Shown here one piece after another: positions 48,111 through 61,249 of a stretch of 64,000 nt of DNA (its first letter is position 1; every line of letters begins with the position of its first letter). The notes beneath the pieces are model-generated. The model was not told the origin of the DNA, ran no database searches, and saw nothing but the letters and a program-made list of their open reading frames with translations. The translations under genes were made by a program, and so were the position numbers. Source of the stretch: Lama guanicoe. Lineage: Eukaryota. The stretch lies in the NCBI GenBank assembly GCA_013239625.1, contig MU053881.1, positions 3,865,957-3,929,956 of the forward strand, read 5' to 3'.

Positions 48111-49519
48111 CTAAATTATTATGATTACAATTATACTGGGAAGAAGCAGATGAAGTAACATTTTTGCTCCTGGGGGCCCCAGAAGAGAAGATAGAAAGTC
48201 AAATATGAAGTAGCTCTGGAGGAGCTGTGACATTGCTTGCCATCCTGGTGGTGTACCTGGGCCAACTGGGAGCCCAGTAGAAAGAATTCACTGGGTCTGG
48301 CTGTTACCAGTGTTTTTGCTTGAAACTCTCCTGAGTTCTAGGAGGGACCCCGGTTGCTCATCTTCCTTTCCCCAAATCTGAGTGCAGGTTCCTGCACAGA
48401 GCAGAGGCTTGATACCTGCAGTCAAATGGAATTCAATTCTAGACTAGTTTTCATGTGGCATGGACCACATCGGGTCCATCAATACATCCTTGCAGGACTT
48501 TGTTCCCAGCAAGAGACCAGCACGTGCTTGCTGAATGAATCAATCAATCAATCAGTCAGTCAGTCAGTCAATACCGCTCACCTTCTGTGAGATGGATGTC
48601 ATGGCCTCCAGAGAGACCACAGGTTTAAGAATACAAGTTAATATCACATTGCACCCTAGAGAGAAATCATTTATGTTGGTAATTGAACTCATTTATATGA
48701 GCATGTATTTCCCGCGATCCAATGATTTCTCTCCAACAGCAGAAAGAGGACAGAGCGTAGTTGAGACACTGGACACATGTGTGTCCGTGTTCAGGCTCTC
48801 CCCTTCACAGCATCCCTAACTTTGAGATGAATTGGTTTCCTCACCTACAAAGGAGGGATAATAATAAGATATTTCACAGGATTTATCCAAGGCTTAATTA
48901 TGTGTCAGTTCTCTTCGTGACACATGAAAGCTGTTTTCTTGCCAAGTGCATTTACTCAGAGCCCCTGGGGTGGTGCTGGGACAAAAAGATGGCCAATCCT
49001 AGGCCGCTGCCTGGAAACTCAACGTGTAGCAAGGGAGACGGCTGAGAGAAGGACTAATTCTCCCAGCAGCCAGGAGGAAGGGCCGTTTGCCTTCCATTCT
49101 ATGACCCACCAACTTAATGGCAACTTTTTACGAAAAACTGTATGGAAACCATATTACTAGAGTATATATATTCATTTTCTGATATCAGAGAAGGTAAAAT
49201 AAGGGAAATGTTTCTTAGCAATGAAAAAAAAAACCCAATACACTTTACAAAAGATACATACAAGGCTGAGGAACGAGACAATACTGGCAAACTTGAGGCT
49301 GGGGTATCAGGATACAGGATGTCTGCACTGGACCTTGCAGGGTGGCTTAGAAATTAATAGGTGGAGAAGGGGCCAGTGGGGTGGGGAGGGGACAGCATGA
49401 ACCCAGGCTCAGAAGTGAGAACTGGCAAGAAACCGAAGGGAAGGGACAGGGGGGGTCATTGGTAGAAGATGCTCTGTGCACCTGTGTTCCCGCAGCTGCC
49501 AAATCCTCTGGAAAGAGCC

Positions 49520-49680
49520 AGAAATCTCTAGTTTCAAATCCCAGCTCTGCCACTCCCAGGCGAAGCTGGACTAGCTGTTTCATGTTCTCGGAGCTTCTGT
49601 CTTTCTGTGTACAACAGAAATAGAAATACTTACTTCCGGTTGGGACAGGAGTGACAACAGAAAAACATGCGTGACTGCAG
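49520..49680 (+). mobile_element. MIR SINE (degenerate)
   Basis: TTCAAATCCCAGCTCTGCCACT. Confidence 0.6.
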
Positions 49681-50956
49681 CCAGGACGGGGGCGGGCGCA
49701 CAGGGAGAGGGGACGTGGTATTAGATCCTTTCCCATGTTTGGCCTCCATCTGCCCCCGACCCTCCAACAAGCAAAAGTCTTCAAATTTCCAGCTCAGGAG
49801 GCTGAGCTGCAGGAGGTGGAGGTAGCTACCCTAGCAAGAATTAATTTTATCATTCTGCTTCCACTGAGCACGAAGACTGGGGCCCTTGGATGAGGATCGT
49901 GAGTAAGGAGTGACATGGGCTCATCCTTTGTGGGGCTCAGCCCTTACTCTACTCCCGAACACAAGGCAGGGTGATGTCCCCAATCCATGAAATAAAGGGA
50001 TGCCATTGGCATCAATATTTCTAGGCCCCCTGTAGCCTTCATTTTCAGGATTCTCATGGTCTCCTCCCTTCCCCCACTCTTCATCTCCTAGATCCCAGGC
50101 ACCTTTCCACCCCACCTCGCCTTGCCAAACCCATCAGATATCGCTGTCATGTGAACTAGGCAGGCCGCCAGCCGGTCAGCGCTTACACAATTCATGGCGC
50201 CTACTTAAAGTGTCTGAGAGACTCACCACTCCGTCAGGACCTGGGGGCAGAGAGTAATTATCACTCCCTCTTTCTTTCTTCTCTTTCCCTTTTTTTTTTT
50301 TTGTCTCATAAAGATACAGTCTGAATTGATATTTTCTTCTGGGTTCCCTCCTCCTCCTTCCTTAAAGGAAGAAATGAATTAAAAAGTTTTGCCTCATTCA
50401 GATCACAGTGGATTCCTGATGCGACAAAGGGGCCCCATGGAAAGGGTCCATCTAGGGGGCTCTGAGGAGGCTACGTATCAGGTTGTATTCCCTGAACGAG
50501 CACTGGGTAATATATTCTGTGGAACCTACTGGTTACACACTAAAAGATTCTTGACAACAAAGTGTCTGCCCAGGTTACAGACTGAGTCTGTTTTGCAGAC
50601 CCATATTTATTCCATCTCATAATGTATTTGGCAAAGGTGAACAGGAGGACGATTGCCCTTCAACAGTTTACATTCTAGTAACTTTTAAGAATATAATTTC
50701 CCGAGGTGCAGGGACATTTATGGGTGTGCAGGGGGAGGTGGAGACAGGAGCCAATTTGGGGAGGGGGCAGGGTTACTGGGGAAGCTCCATCCACTTGGGT
50801 TTTTCTGGGCTATGAACATGGATTGATCTGAGAGGGTGGGAAAGGCTCACCATTCAGAATTCAGGTTAGAATGCATGTCCCATTTCTCTGTTTTTTAAAA
50901 TTATGATGACGTGCTTTAGGGAAAGCGATGGAACAGCATCACATTTTTTTTTTCAA

Positions 50957-51630
50957 AGATTACTCACAGTAGTTGATTTCTTGTGAAACTGGGACACGTT
51001 GAGAGTGAAAGCGGGAAGCCCCATAAAAAAGACCGGCCGGACCCCCAGGCAGGGCCACTGCTCTCCTGCCAGCACCATCCGGTTCCCTGGCCCAGCGGCT
51101 TCATCCCACTCTTTGCCTCCAAAAGGGCTTACCTCTAGGAAAGTGGAATTTACCCCTAAAATTCTATTGGTTCCCTGTGCTCCTGATTGGCCCATTTGTA
51201 GTACTTTATTTGCATGGAGCTCACTCCTGATTGGTTGTTTCTCTCACTCCTGATTGGTCCATTTCCCTCACTCCTGATTGGTTATTTCTCTCCCTCCTGA
51301 TTGGTCCATTTCTACAAACCTTGTTCCTAATTAGTCAACTTTTGTTACACCTTATTTCATATGATGTTGCAAAGTGTAAACTGGCAGCCTATAAAAGCCT
51401 GTGTAAACCTACAGATGGTGTCCAGAGCTTGGAGCGTTATCTCCTCTGGGCCTGCTGGCGTAATAAACCTGAGTTCTCCAACACTCGGAATGCTGCTTGG
51501 TCTCTTGCCAGGGTCCAGGTTGCTGTCACAACTGAGCTGTAACACTGAGCTGTAACACATTTTTCTGCAACATTGGGACAATAAGTGTAAACCTGGGTGT
51601 GCCAGGCAAACAGAAACCTAAGATTACCCT
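50957..51630. mobile_element. MER81-like hAT element split by an LTR (~50957-51025 and ~51573-51630)
   Basis: AAACTGGGACACGTTGAGAGTGAAAG and GGGACAATAAGTGTAAACCTGGG...GATTACCCT are collinear with MER81. Confidence 0.65.
51025..51572 (+). mobile_element. ERV solo LTR with CCAAT-box tandem array, octamer, TATA and polyA signal
   Basis: Six ATTGG, ATTTGCAT 51208, TATAAAA 51390, AATAAA 51462; ends GCAACA; 5' end uncertain. Confidence 0.85.
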
Positions 51631-51934
51631 ACTGATCCGGCATCTTCACCGAGATCTTCACTATGGTCTGGCTGTCGCAAAGCTCAAGTCCAAGTGTCAT
51701 CTTCGGAAGAGAGCTGTCAGTTCTTCCTAACTCAGAACTTGCTTGTTCTTTGTCTTTTCGAGCAGGAAATCAAAAGAAAGATGAAAGATGTTGACCCCAT
51801 GCAGCCACCAGTGACAAACTGCAGCCCAAGGATGCTTTGCCCCTAAAAGCAAAGTCTAGAGAGAACTTTTAGTGCTAAGCTCTGTTCAGCTCAATAGCTT
51901 CTTTTATGTCAAATGATGACTTTGCATCATCAAG

Positions 51935-52270
51935 AAAACATAAATTTATTCAACAGCCAGTTGTGAGCATCTTCACTGGGCTAGCAGATGGGAAGTCAAG
52001 ATGAAGACGATACAGTATCTGACTTCAAGGAGCTTATAGCCTAGAGCAGGGGGAAAAAAAAACATAATCACAATGCAATGAAAAGTATGTTGTCACAGAG
52101 AGGAGGGCATAGCAATGCTGAGAATGGACAAAGGAACATTTATTCTGCTTGACATGACTGAGGGCTTCCCAGAAGAGGTGACATTGGAGCTGGGCTTTGA
52201 GGTATATTTAGTTATGCAGAAGGCAGAGCATGGACAGAAGGGCTTCCTGGGCAGAGTGAGCAACAACACC
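51935..52270 (-). mobile_element. L2 LINE fragment
   Basis: TTCAAGGAGCTTATAGCCTAG...GGGCTTCCCAGAAGAGGTGACATTGGAGCTGGGCTTTGA. Confidence 0.75.
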
Positions 52271-52664
52271 AGGAGGACCAAGATTGGGAAGCAACAGTGC
52301 CCTCAGGGAGGACCCGCCATCACCAACAGAGGTCCCATTTTTGAGAAAAACTGAATGCCTTATCTTGTGTCTGAAGAGTTAAAAATAATTACTCAGGCGA
52401 ACCAACTCTTAAATAAAATATTCCTGTTCAAAATGGCCAAAGTGTGAATATAGCTGATCAGAAACATAAAGTAAATGGAAAAAGTTAAACAATAAAAATG
52501 ATTTTTTCTATATATAATTTCTGAAAAAAATTTTCTTCTAAAAAAGTCCAAATAATCTATTAAAGTTGAAAGGAAAATTATAAATTGTAATTGATAACTG
52601 TCAAACAAACAGAAACTATCCTTTAAAGCAGATTAAAAATATGATTTAGTTAATTGTAGGTTTA

Positions 52665-52918
52665 TACAAGTTTTAAAAGTTGCGGTAACATACACACAAC
52701 ATAAAATTTACCGTGTTAACCATTTTTAAGTGTAACATTCAGTGGTATTAAGTACATTTATATTGTGCCACCATCACCACCATCCATCCCTGTAACTCCA
52801 TCTTGCAAAACAGAAACTTTGTCCCCATTAAACAATAACCCCTCAGTCCCCCTCCCCCCCAGGCCCCGGCAACCCCCATTTTACTTTCTGTCTCTATGAA
52901 TTTAACTATTCTGGGGAA
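52665..52918 (-). mobile_element. LINE-1 3' end (L1MB-like)
   Basis: AACATAAAATTTACCGTGTTAACCATTTTTAAGTGTA...CATTTTACTTTCTGTCTCTATGAATT; similar to 2650-2880. Confidence 0.85.
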
Positions 52919-53704
52919 CTCTGAGCCAGCTAACATTCTGAAATGTTTCAACATCTTCCCACAAACACTTACAAGGCTGTGTCTTCCAAACAAAGGCAGT
53001 TCCCTCCCTTAGAATAATTCTAAGGTCAATGTCAGGATATCATTTTTTTTTCTATCACATCACAGAAAAAGATGGACAGAGATTTTTTTATTGCCTGAAC
53101 ACTGGTGTTGGAGAAGGCAGTGATTATCTGGTGCTGGCTATGAATTGCAAGCATTGTTGACCATTGACTGCTGTCCCTGCCTTGCGGCTGCAATGGGACA
53201 GATCAGTACAAGTCAAACTGGAACCTCTTTGAAGATGCCTCTACTCCTCCAAACACACAGGTTCTGAGTTTAGATGCTCAGGAAATGATTGAAAAATCAA
53301 ACACACTTTGTTTTTGTCATTTATTGCAATTACTTGAGAGCTGGAAATGAGTATTATGAGAGATTACAAATAAGAAATGACCATGAACCTGTCCTCCAGG
53401 GTTGCTCCACCTCTACTAATGGGACCAGGTGTTAATTTGCTGACTGTCAGAGCTGGAAGGGAGCAGAGGCAATGTCTAGCTTCATGATGGATTGTCAAAC
53501 TTATCTGACAGTGGGATTCTTTTTTCAAAAAGTCTCATTCAGCTGCCCAATATGTTACACAGATAAAAATGGAAATTCTCTAGCTGAAGCAAGAATTAGG
53601 GACATGAGACCTCATGTTTATACAGCCCTCATCTTCTGCAGCCCGCCCCTGCCACCACCCCAAGCCAGCTCTGCAGAGCCTAAGTGTATGCAAAAGAAGT
53701 ATAT

Positions 53705-54467
53705 ACACACCTCACATCGGTCAGAATGGCCATCATTAAAAATTCTACAAATAATAAATGCTGGAGAGGGTGTAGAAAAAAGGGAACCCTCCTACACTGT
53801 TAGTGGGAATATAATTTGGTACAGCCACTATTGAGAACAGTATGGAGGTTTCTTAAAAAACTAAAAATAGTTACCCTATGATCCAGCAATCCCACTCCTG
53901 GGAATCTATCCAGAGAAAACTCTAATTCAAAAAGATAATGCACCCCAGTGTTTATAGCAGCACTATTTACAACAGCCCAGACATGGAAGCAACCTAAATG
54001 TCCATTGACAGATGACTGGATAAAGAAGTTGTGGTATATGTATACAATGGAATACTACTCAGCCATAAAAAGGAATGAAATAATGCCATTGGCAGCAACA
54101 TGGATGGACCTAGAGATTATCATATCAAGTGAAGTCAGACAGAGAAAGATAAATATCATTTGATATCACTTACATGTGGAATCTAAAAACAAATGATACA
54201 AATAAACTTATTTACAAACCAGAAATATATTCACAGACGTAGAAAACAAAGTATGGTAACCAAAGGAGAAAGGAGTAGGGGAGTCGGATAAATTAGGAGT
54301 TTGGGATTAACAGATAACACATGATTGTATATAAAAAAGATAACAAGGACCTACTATATAGTACAAGGAACTATGTTTCAATATCTTATAATAATATATA
54401 ATGGAAAAGAATCTGAAAAATAATATGTGTGTGTGTGTGTGTGTGTGTATAACTGAATCACTTTGCA
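53705..54467 (+). mobile_element. Young LINE-1 ORF2 end plus 3' UTR lacking its terminus; contains (TG)11
   Basis: ORFs read SEWPSLK...[16 protein letters not shown] and MFIAALFTTAQTWKQPKCPLTDDWIKKLWY (L1 ORF2 C-terminus). Confidence 0.93.
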
Positions 54468-54750
54468 TCTTTTCCTTGCCTTTACCAGCTTCTGGTGGTT
54501 GCCTACATTCCTTGTTGTTCCAATCTCTGCCTCCTCGTCTTCTGTCTGCCTCTCTCTTATAAAGACTCTTGTCATTGGTTTTAAAGTTCACTCAGATAAT
54601 CCAGCAAGATCTGCTCATCTCGAAATTCTTAGCTTAATTATATTCATAAGTACCATTTTCACAAGTAAGGTCACATTCACAGGCTCCAGGATGAGCATAT
54701 AGACACATCTTTTTTTGGAGGGGTGGGGGTACTGTTCGACCAACTCCACG
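54468..54750 (-). mobile_element. Partial MaLR LTR (MLT1B/C-like)
   Basis: CCAGCTTCTGGTGGTTGCC...GATAATCCAG...TAAGGTCACATTCACAGG is the reverse complement of text like 42031-42300. Confidence 0.8.
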
Positions 54751-56089
54751 CACAGTTAGCAGAGTTAACTGTGTTAGTAGTTAGCAGAGCAGGCACTGCA
54801 TCCAGGCTGCTCAATTCCATGACCACAGCCCCTTCCAGTTAATCCCCACAGATTCCAACAAGAAGCACCTACAGCCACAAAGGTGCGGGTTACCCAGATC
54901 TCTTTTTATCACTTCTTCTCCTTTAATTAACAGTTGGTGACATGGAGGTCCAGAGACACTGAGAAATTCACACTAAATCTCATAGTCCATTCTTTGCCAG
55001 AATCATCTACAATCTCAGCATGCCATCTGAAAAAAATCAACACAACTTCCAAAACTTCCAGAACTCTCTTTCTTCAAGGGGGTGACCTTGAGCTGGTGTA
55101 CTCACTCCTTCGAGAAGCCCCCAGGGTTTCATCATCAATATTATTTATTTCTGGTGGAGGGAGAGGAGTCCTTTTGCAGAGAACTGTAGTGAAGCAGCTT
55201 CATTCGATGGATTACTGACCACACTTTATTAAAGATCATTACAATCTCCAGCATTTGTCATAAGAAAATATCTTCCAACAAACACCAGCTTGTTAGAGGC
55301 TGACTGTTAGGAATATGAGTTGGTCTTATTTTGTTCCTACATTGTCAACTCCAGCCCTAGCACACAATCAAACTTTGGCAATCAAAACCCCATCCGAGTT
55401 TCCTAATAGATTCAAAACAGGTGGGGACTGCACGGTCCACTGCAGTAGCACCCAGAGAACACGAAATATATCAAAACCCACTCCCACAGTGCAGACTTGC
55501 TTCCCTACTTAGAAACCTGGACAAGAAGCAGAGCTAAATGAGCCATCTCTTTACGGGCAAACCATTACCAGCTAAATGATTTTTTTTAAATGTGTTGAGA
55601 TCACATAATAATGAAAAGCAGTCTGGTGGAAGTGTTGGTGGTTATACAGGGCCTGGTGCAGAAATCTTGATCAAAGCCCCTTGGCATCTGAAGTCATCAG
55701 TAATTTGACAGTCTATTTGGGTGAGAAGAGCTCCTTTCTGGCTGTCCGACTTCAGGCCCACCCCGGAGAGGGGCACGACTCAAGCAAACAAGGCTGCTGG
55801 CAAATCAAGACACCTCTTTCCAAGCTGTGATACGAAACATGAGTTGGTGGCGGCAGCTGGGTGGTGCGATCGGGTTTCACCGGGGGAGGTGTGTGTACAT
55901 TACACACACTCTTTGCACGTGTGTCATCTGTTCTGGCTGGGCTGGCGCATCCTTCACAGAACCCTGAGCAGTGGCCTTTGAGCTGGATGAAACTGCAAAG
56001 CAGCTCTTACAAGGAGCTGTGGCCCTTCGGGAATGGAGAATTGAGAGCTTAAGCAATGGGAGAATCTGAGGGTAAGGGTCAGGCTGGCT

Positions 56090-56970
56090 AATTAAGATTT
56101 TCATAACATATTTCCTGATACCTACTTGTGCCAGGCCTAGGCTGGGTCCTGGGGCCAGAGAGGTGAATATTCCCAACCCCTGCCCTTGAAGAGTTCACAA
56201 TTTAGTTGAAAAGATGGAATGTCAAAGTACAGCTACATTCAGTGTTGTCAGTACCGTGAAAGGGGAGACCCAACACTGTGGGGACACAGGAGGGCCCCCT
56301 GACTTGGTGTTAGGAAGCTAGAGAAGACTGCTCAGGGGAAGTGACAATATTCAACCAGAGGCACAGCTGGGAAGGCAGGGAGGGGAAGATGGAAGGAATC
56401 ACATGCTCTTCCCAAGCCTATTTGCCAAAGTGGCCTCTTTTATAACATTTAAAGATAGTATTTATGGACAAAATTATTATTAAGATGATGGTGAAAAGAT
56501 ATTAGTAGAAGTGTATAACGTGTGATTTGACTTGCCAGTGGTCAAACTGTGAGATGCACATTAAAGTTGGTGGAAGGATGAAACATTATTTTTATGTTTA
56601 CTTTTTCACCAATCAGTGGTACGGCCATACCCCTCCAGCCCTGTGTCCAGAAATGCACCCTCCAAACTCAGTGTCTGGTTATGATTTTGTTTCCCAAATG
56701 AAGATGTCACCCATTAGGTGAAGAGGAATGGAGCAGGGAATAAAAGAGGAGAGAGTGGATTGAGCTGAAGGAATAGCATGTGCAAAGGCACTGGGGTGGA
56801 AGACACAAGACCAGCTGGGGGAAGTCTTAACACATCAATTTAACTGGGATGATTTTGTCTAAGGGAATACTGAGGGGGGAAAAATGTTTGAAAGTGTGGT
56901 TGGGATCAATTGTAGAGGTCCTCTGGTGTCAAGTCGAAGAATTTGGGTCTGATTTTTCTTTAGTAAGAGG
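56090..56970 (-). mobile_element. L2 fragments (~56090-56350 and ~56740-56970) with an unidentified AT-rich insert between them
   Basis: ACCTACTTGTGCCAGGCC...CTTGAAGAGTTCACAATTTAG; GAATAGCATGTGCAAAGGCAC. Confidence 0.6.
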
Positions 56971-59269
56971 TTAGAAACATAGCACCCAGGAAAGGGGGTT
57001 ACGGGCTCCAAGTTGCACTTTTTGAACTTGACAGTGAATTCAACCCTGTTCTAGGTTCTGTGAGGGGCACAAAATTTAAACACATGGTTATATCCCTTGA
57101 GGAGATAATAATTCTGCTTGGGAGCCAAAAGGCATATATACAGCAGCTACTAGAGAGCAGTTATAACTTCATATTAGCAAGCATGTCCTAGACTGTCTTG
57201 TACTAGCGGTTGGTCCCAAGGCTTCAGGTCCCTTTCGCTTCCTAAGCTTCAGTTTCCAGATCTTTATGGCATTATCCTCCCCACCTCATGGAGTCATTGT
57301 AGGAAATACAAGGGATGACTCATGTAAAAAGCAACTGATTTGCCTTCCAAATTAGAGATTCAGGAAAAATGGAGCTTCTGTATTAGAAGGGAAGTTTCTT
57401 GTCTTTGATGGGTCAATTAATTTCCAGGCATGGGATAGATTTCATCTTATAAGGAGATTTGTATAAGGTTTTAAATAGCATTTTATTTCCTTTTAAATTT
57501 AATTTATTGGGGTTTAAAAAAAGAGAGGAAATACTCTGTAAAATGGAAGAATTTTGAACATGGGATGGGAGAGTGTGACCCTCTTTGACCCAGAGAAAGG
57601 GGCTCCACTTAAGCTCATAATTCTTTCCTTCTAGGCAGCCTTGGTTTCTATAGCTAGAAAACATCCTTTCAGCTATTAGTCCAAGTCAGATTCTGATATA
57701 TGCAGAGGCCGGTGGCCTGAGAGATAGAAGTGGAGACCCACCAACTTTTCAAGGACAAATCCCAATGTGAGCCATCTGGAAAGAAAGCTTTGCCTAAAAT
57801 ATCCAAACTCACTGGTCTGATCTTTGTTTATTCCCCTCATTGCACCAGAAAGGAACCAGCTCCACGGATGGAAACAAACAAACATTTGTCCAGCTCACTG
57901 TTGGTGCAGTCTTTGTAACTTTGTATGTGTTCATGACAGTGTTGTAATTTATGGGGACATGCCTGAAAAGTTCTGTGAACAGTCTGAGGACTCAAGGACA
58001 TCACAGCCAATTAAATGTGTAGGCATTTCTTGCAGGAAAACTTTGTCTTAGGCATGATGCTTGGGGTAGGGACTGAGGAGATGGGAGATAAAGGGTCCAA
58101 AGCTGAGAAATTCTGTCTTTGCCCTAAAGAAATTAACAACCAATGGACGATAAAGCTGGAAACATAAATGTAAACAACTAAATATAACATAAGGCAAAAT
58201 GTTGAGAAAGGAGCTGAAATTCTACAAATTTTCTTTTCTTTTCTTTTATTATTTTATTTGTGTAAAATGTGCTAAGTATAATTTTAGTACCCAAATCAGA
58301 GCACAGAAATGATAGCTGTACTCACTTTGGTTGGGAGAGGCAGCCTGAATGACAAATTACTCTTGGACTTTCTAAGGACATATCTTGGGTAGATGGGCAC
58401 AACTGAACCAAATATTTTACATTGACACAGTCACTTAGATTTATTATAAATAAAACGGAGATACGTAAGACAGAGTTAGAAAAGTTGATTCAACAAAATT
58501 GTCCTTTTGGAAAGCAGTGCATTCATTTGGAAGAAATACCTTGACATCTTGGTTGGGGTAGAAAGTGATATTCTAGGGGAGTATTTAAGTAACACATTTG
58601 AAATTCCTAGGGGGAACCTATTATGGAGGAGAGAGGAGACTGAAAATCAGGGCCATGCATGGTGTAAAGCAGAGAAATAGACCTTACGTTTGGGGAGCAC
58701 AACTTTGAAGAAGAGGGACCCTGGAGAAGTGGAGAGGACTAATGGCTGTGGGAGTGAATGTTATTCCTTATCAGAACCTTCCAGAAAATTCTGCAGGGAT
58801 GGAAGAAATGCTTGAAGGGTAATGCTTTGCTGTGGAAACCAAGATGTGCCCACAGTGACACTGAGGGAGGACATAAATCCTGGGAACCTAGAAAACTCAG
58901 AAAGACATGATGATGGAAGTTTGATACATTTGGATCTCGAGAGCTAGCATCTGAGCTGGCATTTGAGCTGGCATCTGCACTAGGCAGGCACACATGCACG
59001 ATGCAAACATTAGAAAAACAGACAGAGTCCAACTGAGAAGTAGCATTTCCTCTTCAGGAGGCAAAATAAACACTAATCCTCTTATCCTCTAGAATGCAGT
59101 TGGTTCACTAATCCCCCATCATGTGAGCTCTTCCCGAAGGTCTCTGCAATTCAGTGTCCCAGGAGCAGCGTTCTTATTTTGGTCCATGACTTTCTAAAGC
59201 AGACGTGCCTCTCAATGCAACTGGGCTAACCTTCAGAATTTATTTTAAGAAAATAACTAAAAATACTTG

Positions 59270-59900
59270 AAAACTCAGCCATATGGCTGTTCATCATGGC
59301 ACTGTTTGCAAAAAGAAAAAGTTAGAAACAATCTAAACTGCCAATGATGGGAGAATGGTTAAATTATGACACATGTGTAAAGTGAAATATTGCCTGGTCA
59401 CTGGAAATCATACTGTGGCATTATATTTATTGACCTGGGAAAATGCCCACAATATAATATTACAGAAAAAATAACCATTCAAAAAACTGCAAGTATGGTC
59501 ACATTTGTGCAAAAACAAATGTAATGTATATTCGTTATGCGAGAGAAAGGCTGGAGGGATCAACACCGTGAAGTGAACGGTGATCACTTCAGGCTGGTGG
59601 GAGTGGAGTGGTTTTTTTATGTTATCACTTTCTGCATCACCTACGTGATTTTGACATCGTATATCTATAATCGTATAAATTCCTAAAGCCATATCCACTT
59701 TAGGACCAAAAATCAAAACAAAAGCTTATGTATCATAATACTGTTTTTTGGTTAGATATTGAAAAGTACGCATTCATAGACATAGAAAGGTGTCTGAGGT
59801 ATAACTCTAGGAGTTAAGTGTCGTTACCTTGGAGTGGGTGGGGTTATGGATGGTTTATAATTTATTATTTTGGCTTAATTCTATTTTGAAAATGTTCTAC
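59270..59900 (+). mobile_element. Ancient LINE-1 3' fragments (L1ME-like)
   Basis: GTTCATCATGGCACTGTTTGCAA...GGAGAATGGTTAAATTATGA. Confidence 0.6.
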
Positions 59901-60084
59901 GAAGGAAAAGTATTGTTGGGGGAAAAAAAGTGGACAGTGGAGTGATTCTCCCCTATAGTTCGCCTGTGGGTGGGTCAGTCCTCTCTCAGACCCACTGCGT
60001 CCAAGATTCTCTGAGGCAGAGAGATGATATTGAAAATTTACCAAGTTCAGAGTAAGCGATGGGAAAAGGAGAAGAAAATGAATA

Positions 60085-60375
60085 TTTTGAGCAGAGGGCC
60101 TGGGTTTGCATCCTGTTTCTGCTGCTGTCTAGTTCTATGAGTTACAGCAGTTTACTTAACCTCTCTGTGCCTCAGTTTTCTCATCTATAAAATGGGCACA
60201 AGGAGAGTTTCCACCTCAGAGCTCTGAGAGGCTCAGTGAAGAGCAAAACAGACACAGTCTGTACTCTCCCGTTCCATGGAGGAGGCTGCAAGATCTCAGG
60301 GAGGCTAAGACACTTGCCCTAGGTCACACAGCAATGGATGGCAGAGCTGAGATTCCAAATAACTCTAAGTTCAGA
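60085..60375. mobile_element. Two MIR fragments (+ then -)
   Basis: TTACTTAACCTCTCTGTGCCTCAGTTTTCTCATCTATAAAATGGG; ACTTGCCCTAGGTCACACAGC. Confidence 0.8.
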
Positions 60376-61249
60376 GATGAGGAGCCGAGCAGTCATTCTT
60401 GGTCATATTTTTATTATGAAAAGCAGATTCCACTGAGGTAAGCAGAAAATAACGGGAAAAGCTCTCTCCCAGCGGCATTTAGCACACCATATAGATTTCT
60501 CCTCTACTGTATCCAGCTCCTCGGCCCCTTGTCCCCTCTTGTTCTCTCTCTACTTTGTTTCCTTGGGGAGAGGGGTGGGATGAAGTCTCTTAAATTGGTG
60601 TGAATTTGGCTACAAAAAAAGAAAAGGAAAGGAAAGGAAAAGGAAAAACAAACAAACAAAAGCCATGAGATGGTGTTAGTGGGGAGATGCTGGCTGTGAA
60701 GTGTCTGGTCCAGGCACAGAGCAGCAGGTGCAGTGAGAAACAGCAAAGCTGGCCATTCCAGGAGGAGCTGGTCACTCTCAGCCCACCGGTAGCCCAGAGG
60801 TGGAGCAAAGCCATCCAGCATGGCGTCCACACAGTACCTTTCTGCCCGGCCCTCCCTGGACAGGGAGAAGTGCCTCCCTCACCCCTGGGACTGCATCTTT
60901 GTTGAGAGGAGAGAAAGAGCTTGAGGGAGGACAGAATATGGTTTTTATTTTCACTCCAGTTTTCTAGATTGCCATCAAGCAATGGATGAGAACTGATTCA
61001 AGTGGACCCAGAAACCGTGGATGAATGTGAACCCACACAGCGCCTGCGCTGGCGGTTGAATCTCAGCCCCGGGGGACGTCATTCCCCAGGGAACATCGTT
61101 CCACATTCAGAGGGCGAAAGTCACCACGCAAAGTGAAAGAAGATGGTGGTAGTGACGGTGCTGAGGGGGACAGGAAGAATGGAGGAGCCCTTTAGAGACA
61201 ACCTCGGCTGGTTACAACCCCGACTCCACCTCCCAGCCCCAGGCTCTTT

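Noticed and set aside
51220..51310. Regularly spaced repeats as a CRISPR-like array
   Set aside because: Head-to-tail 23-24-bp tandem units with no unique spacers, inside an LTR in a mammalian genome with no cas genes.
53472..54163. ORFs of 120 aa and 71 aa
   Set aside because: The recognisable parts are frameshifted L1 ORF2 C-terminal remnants.
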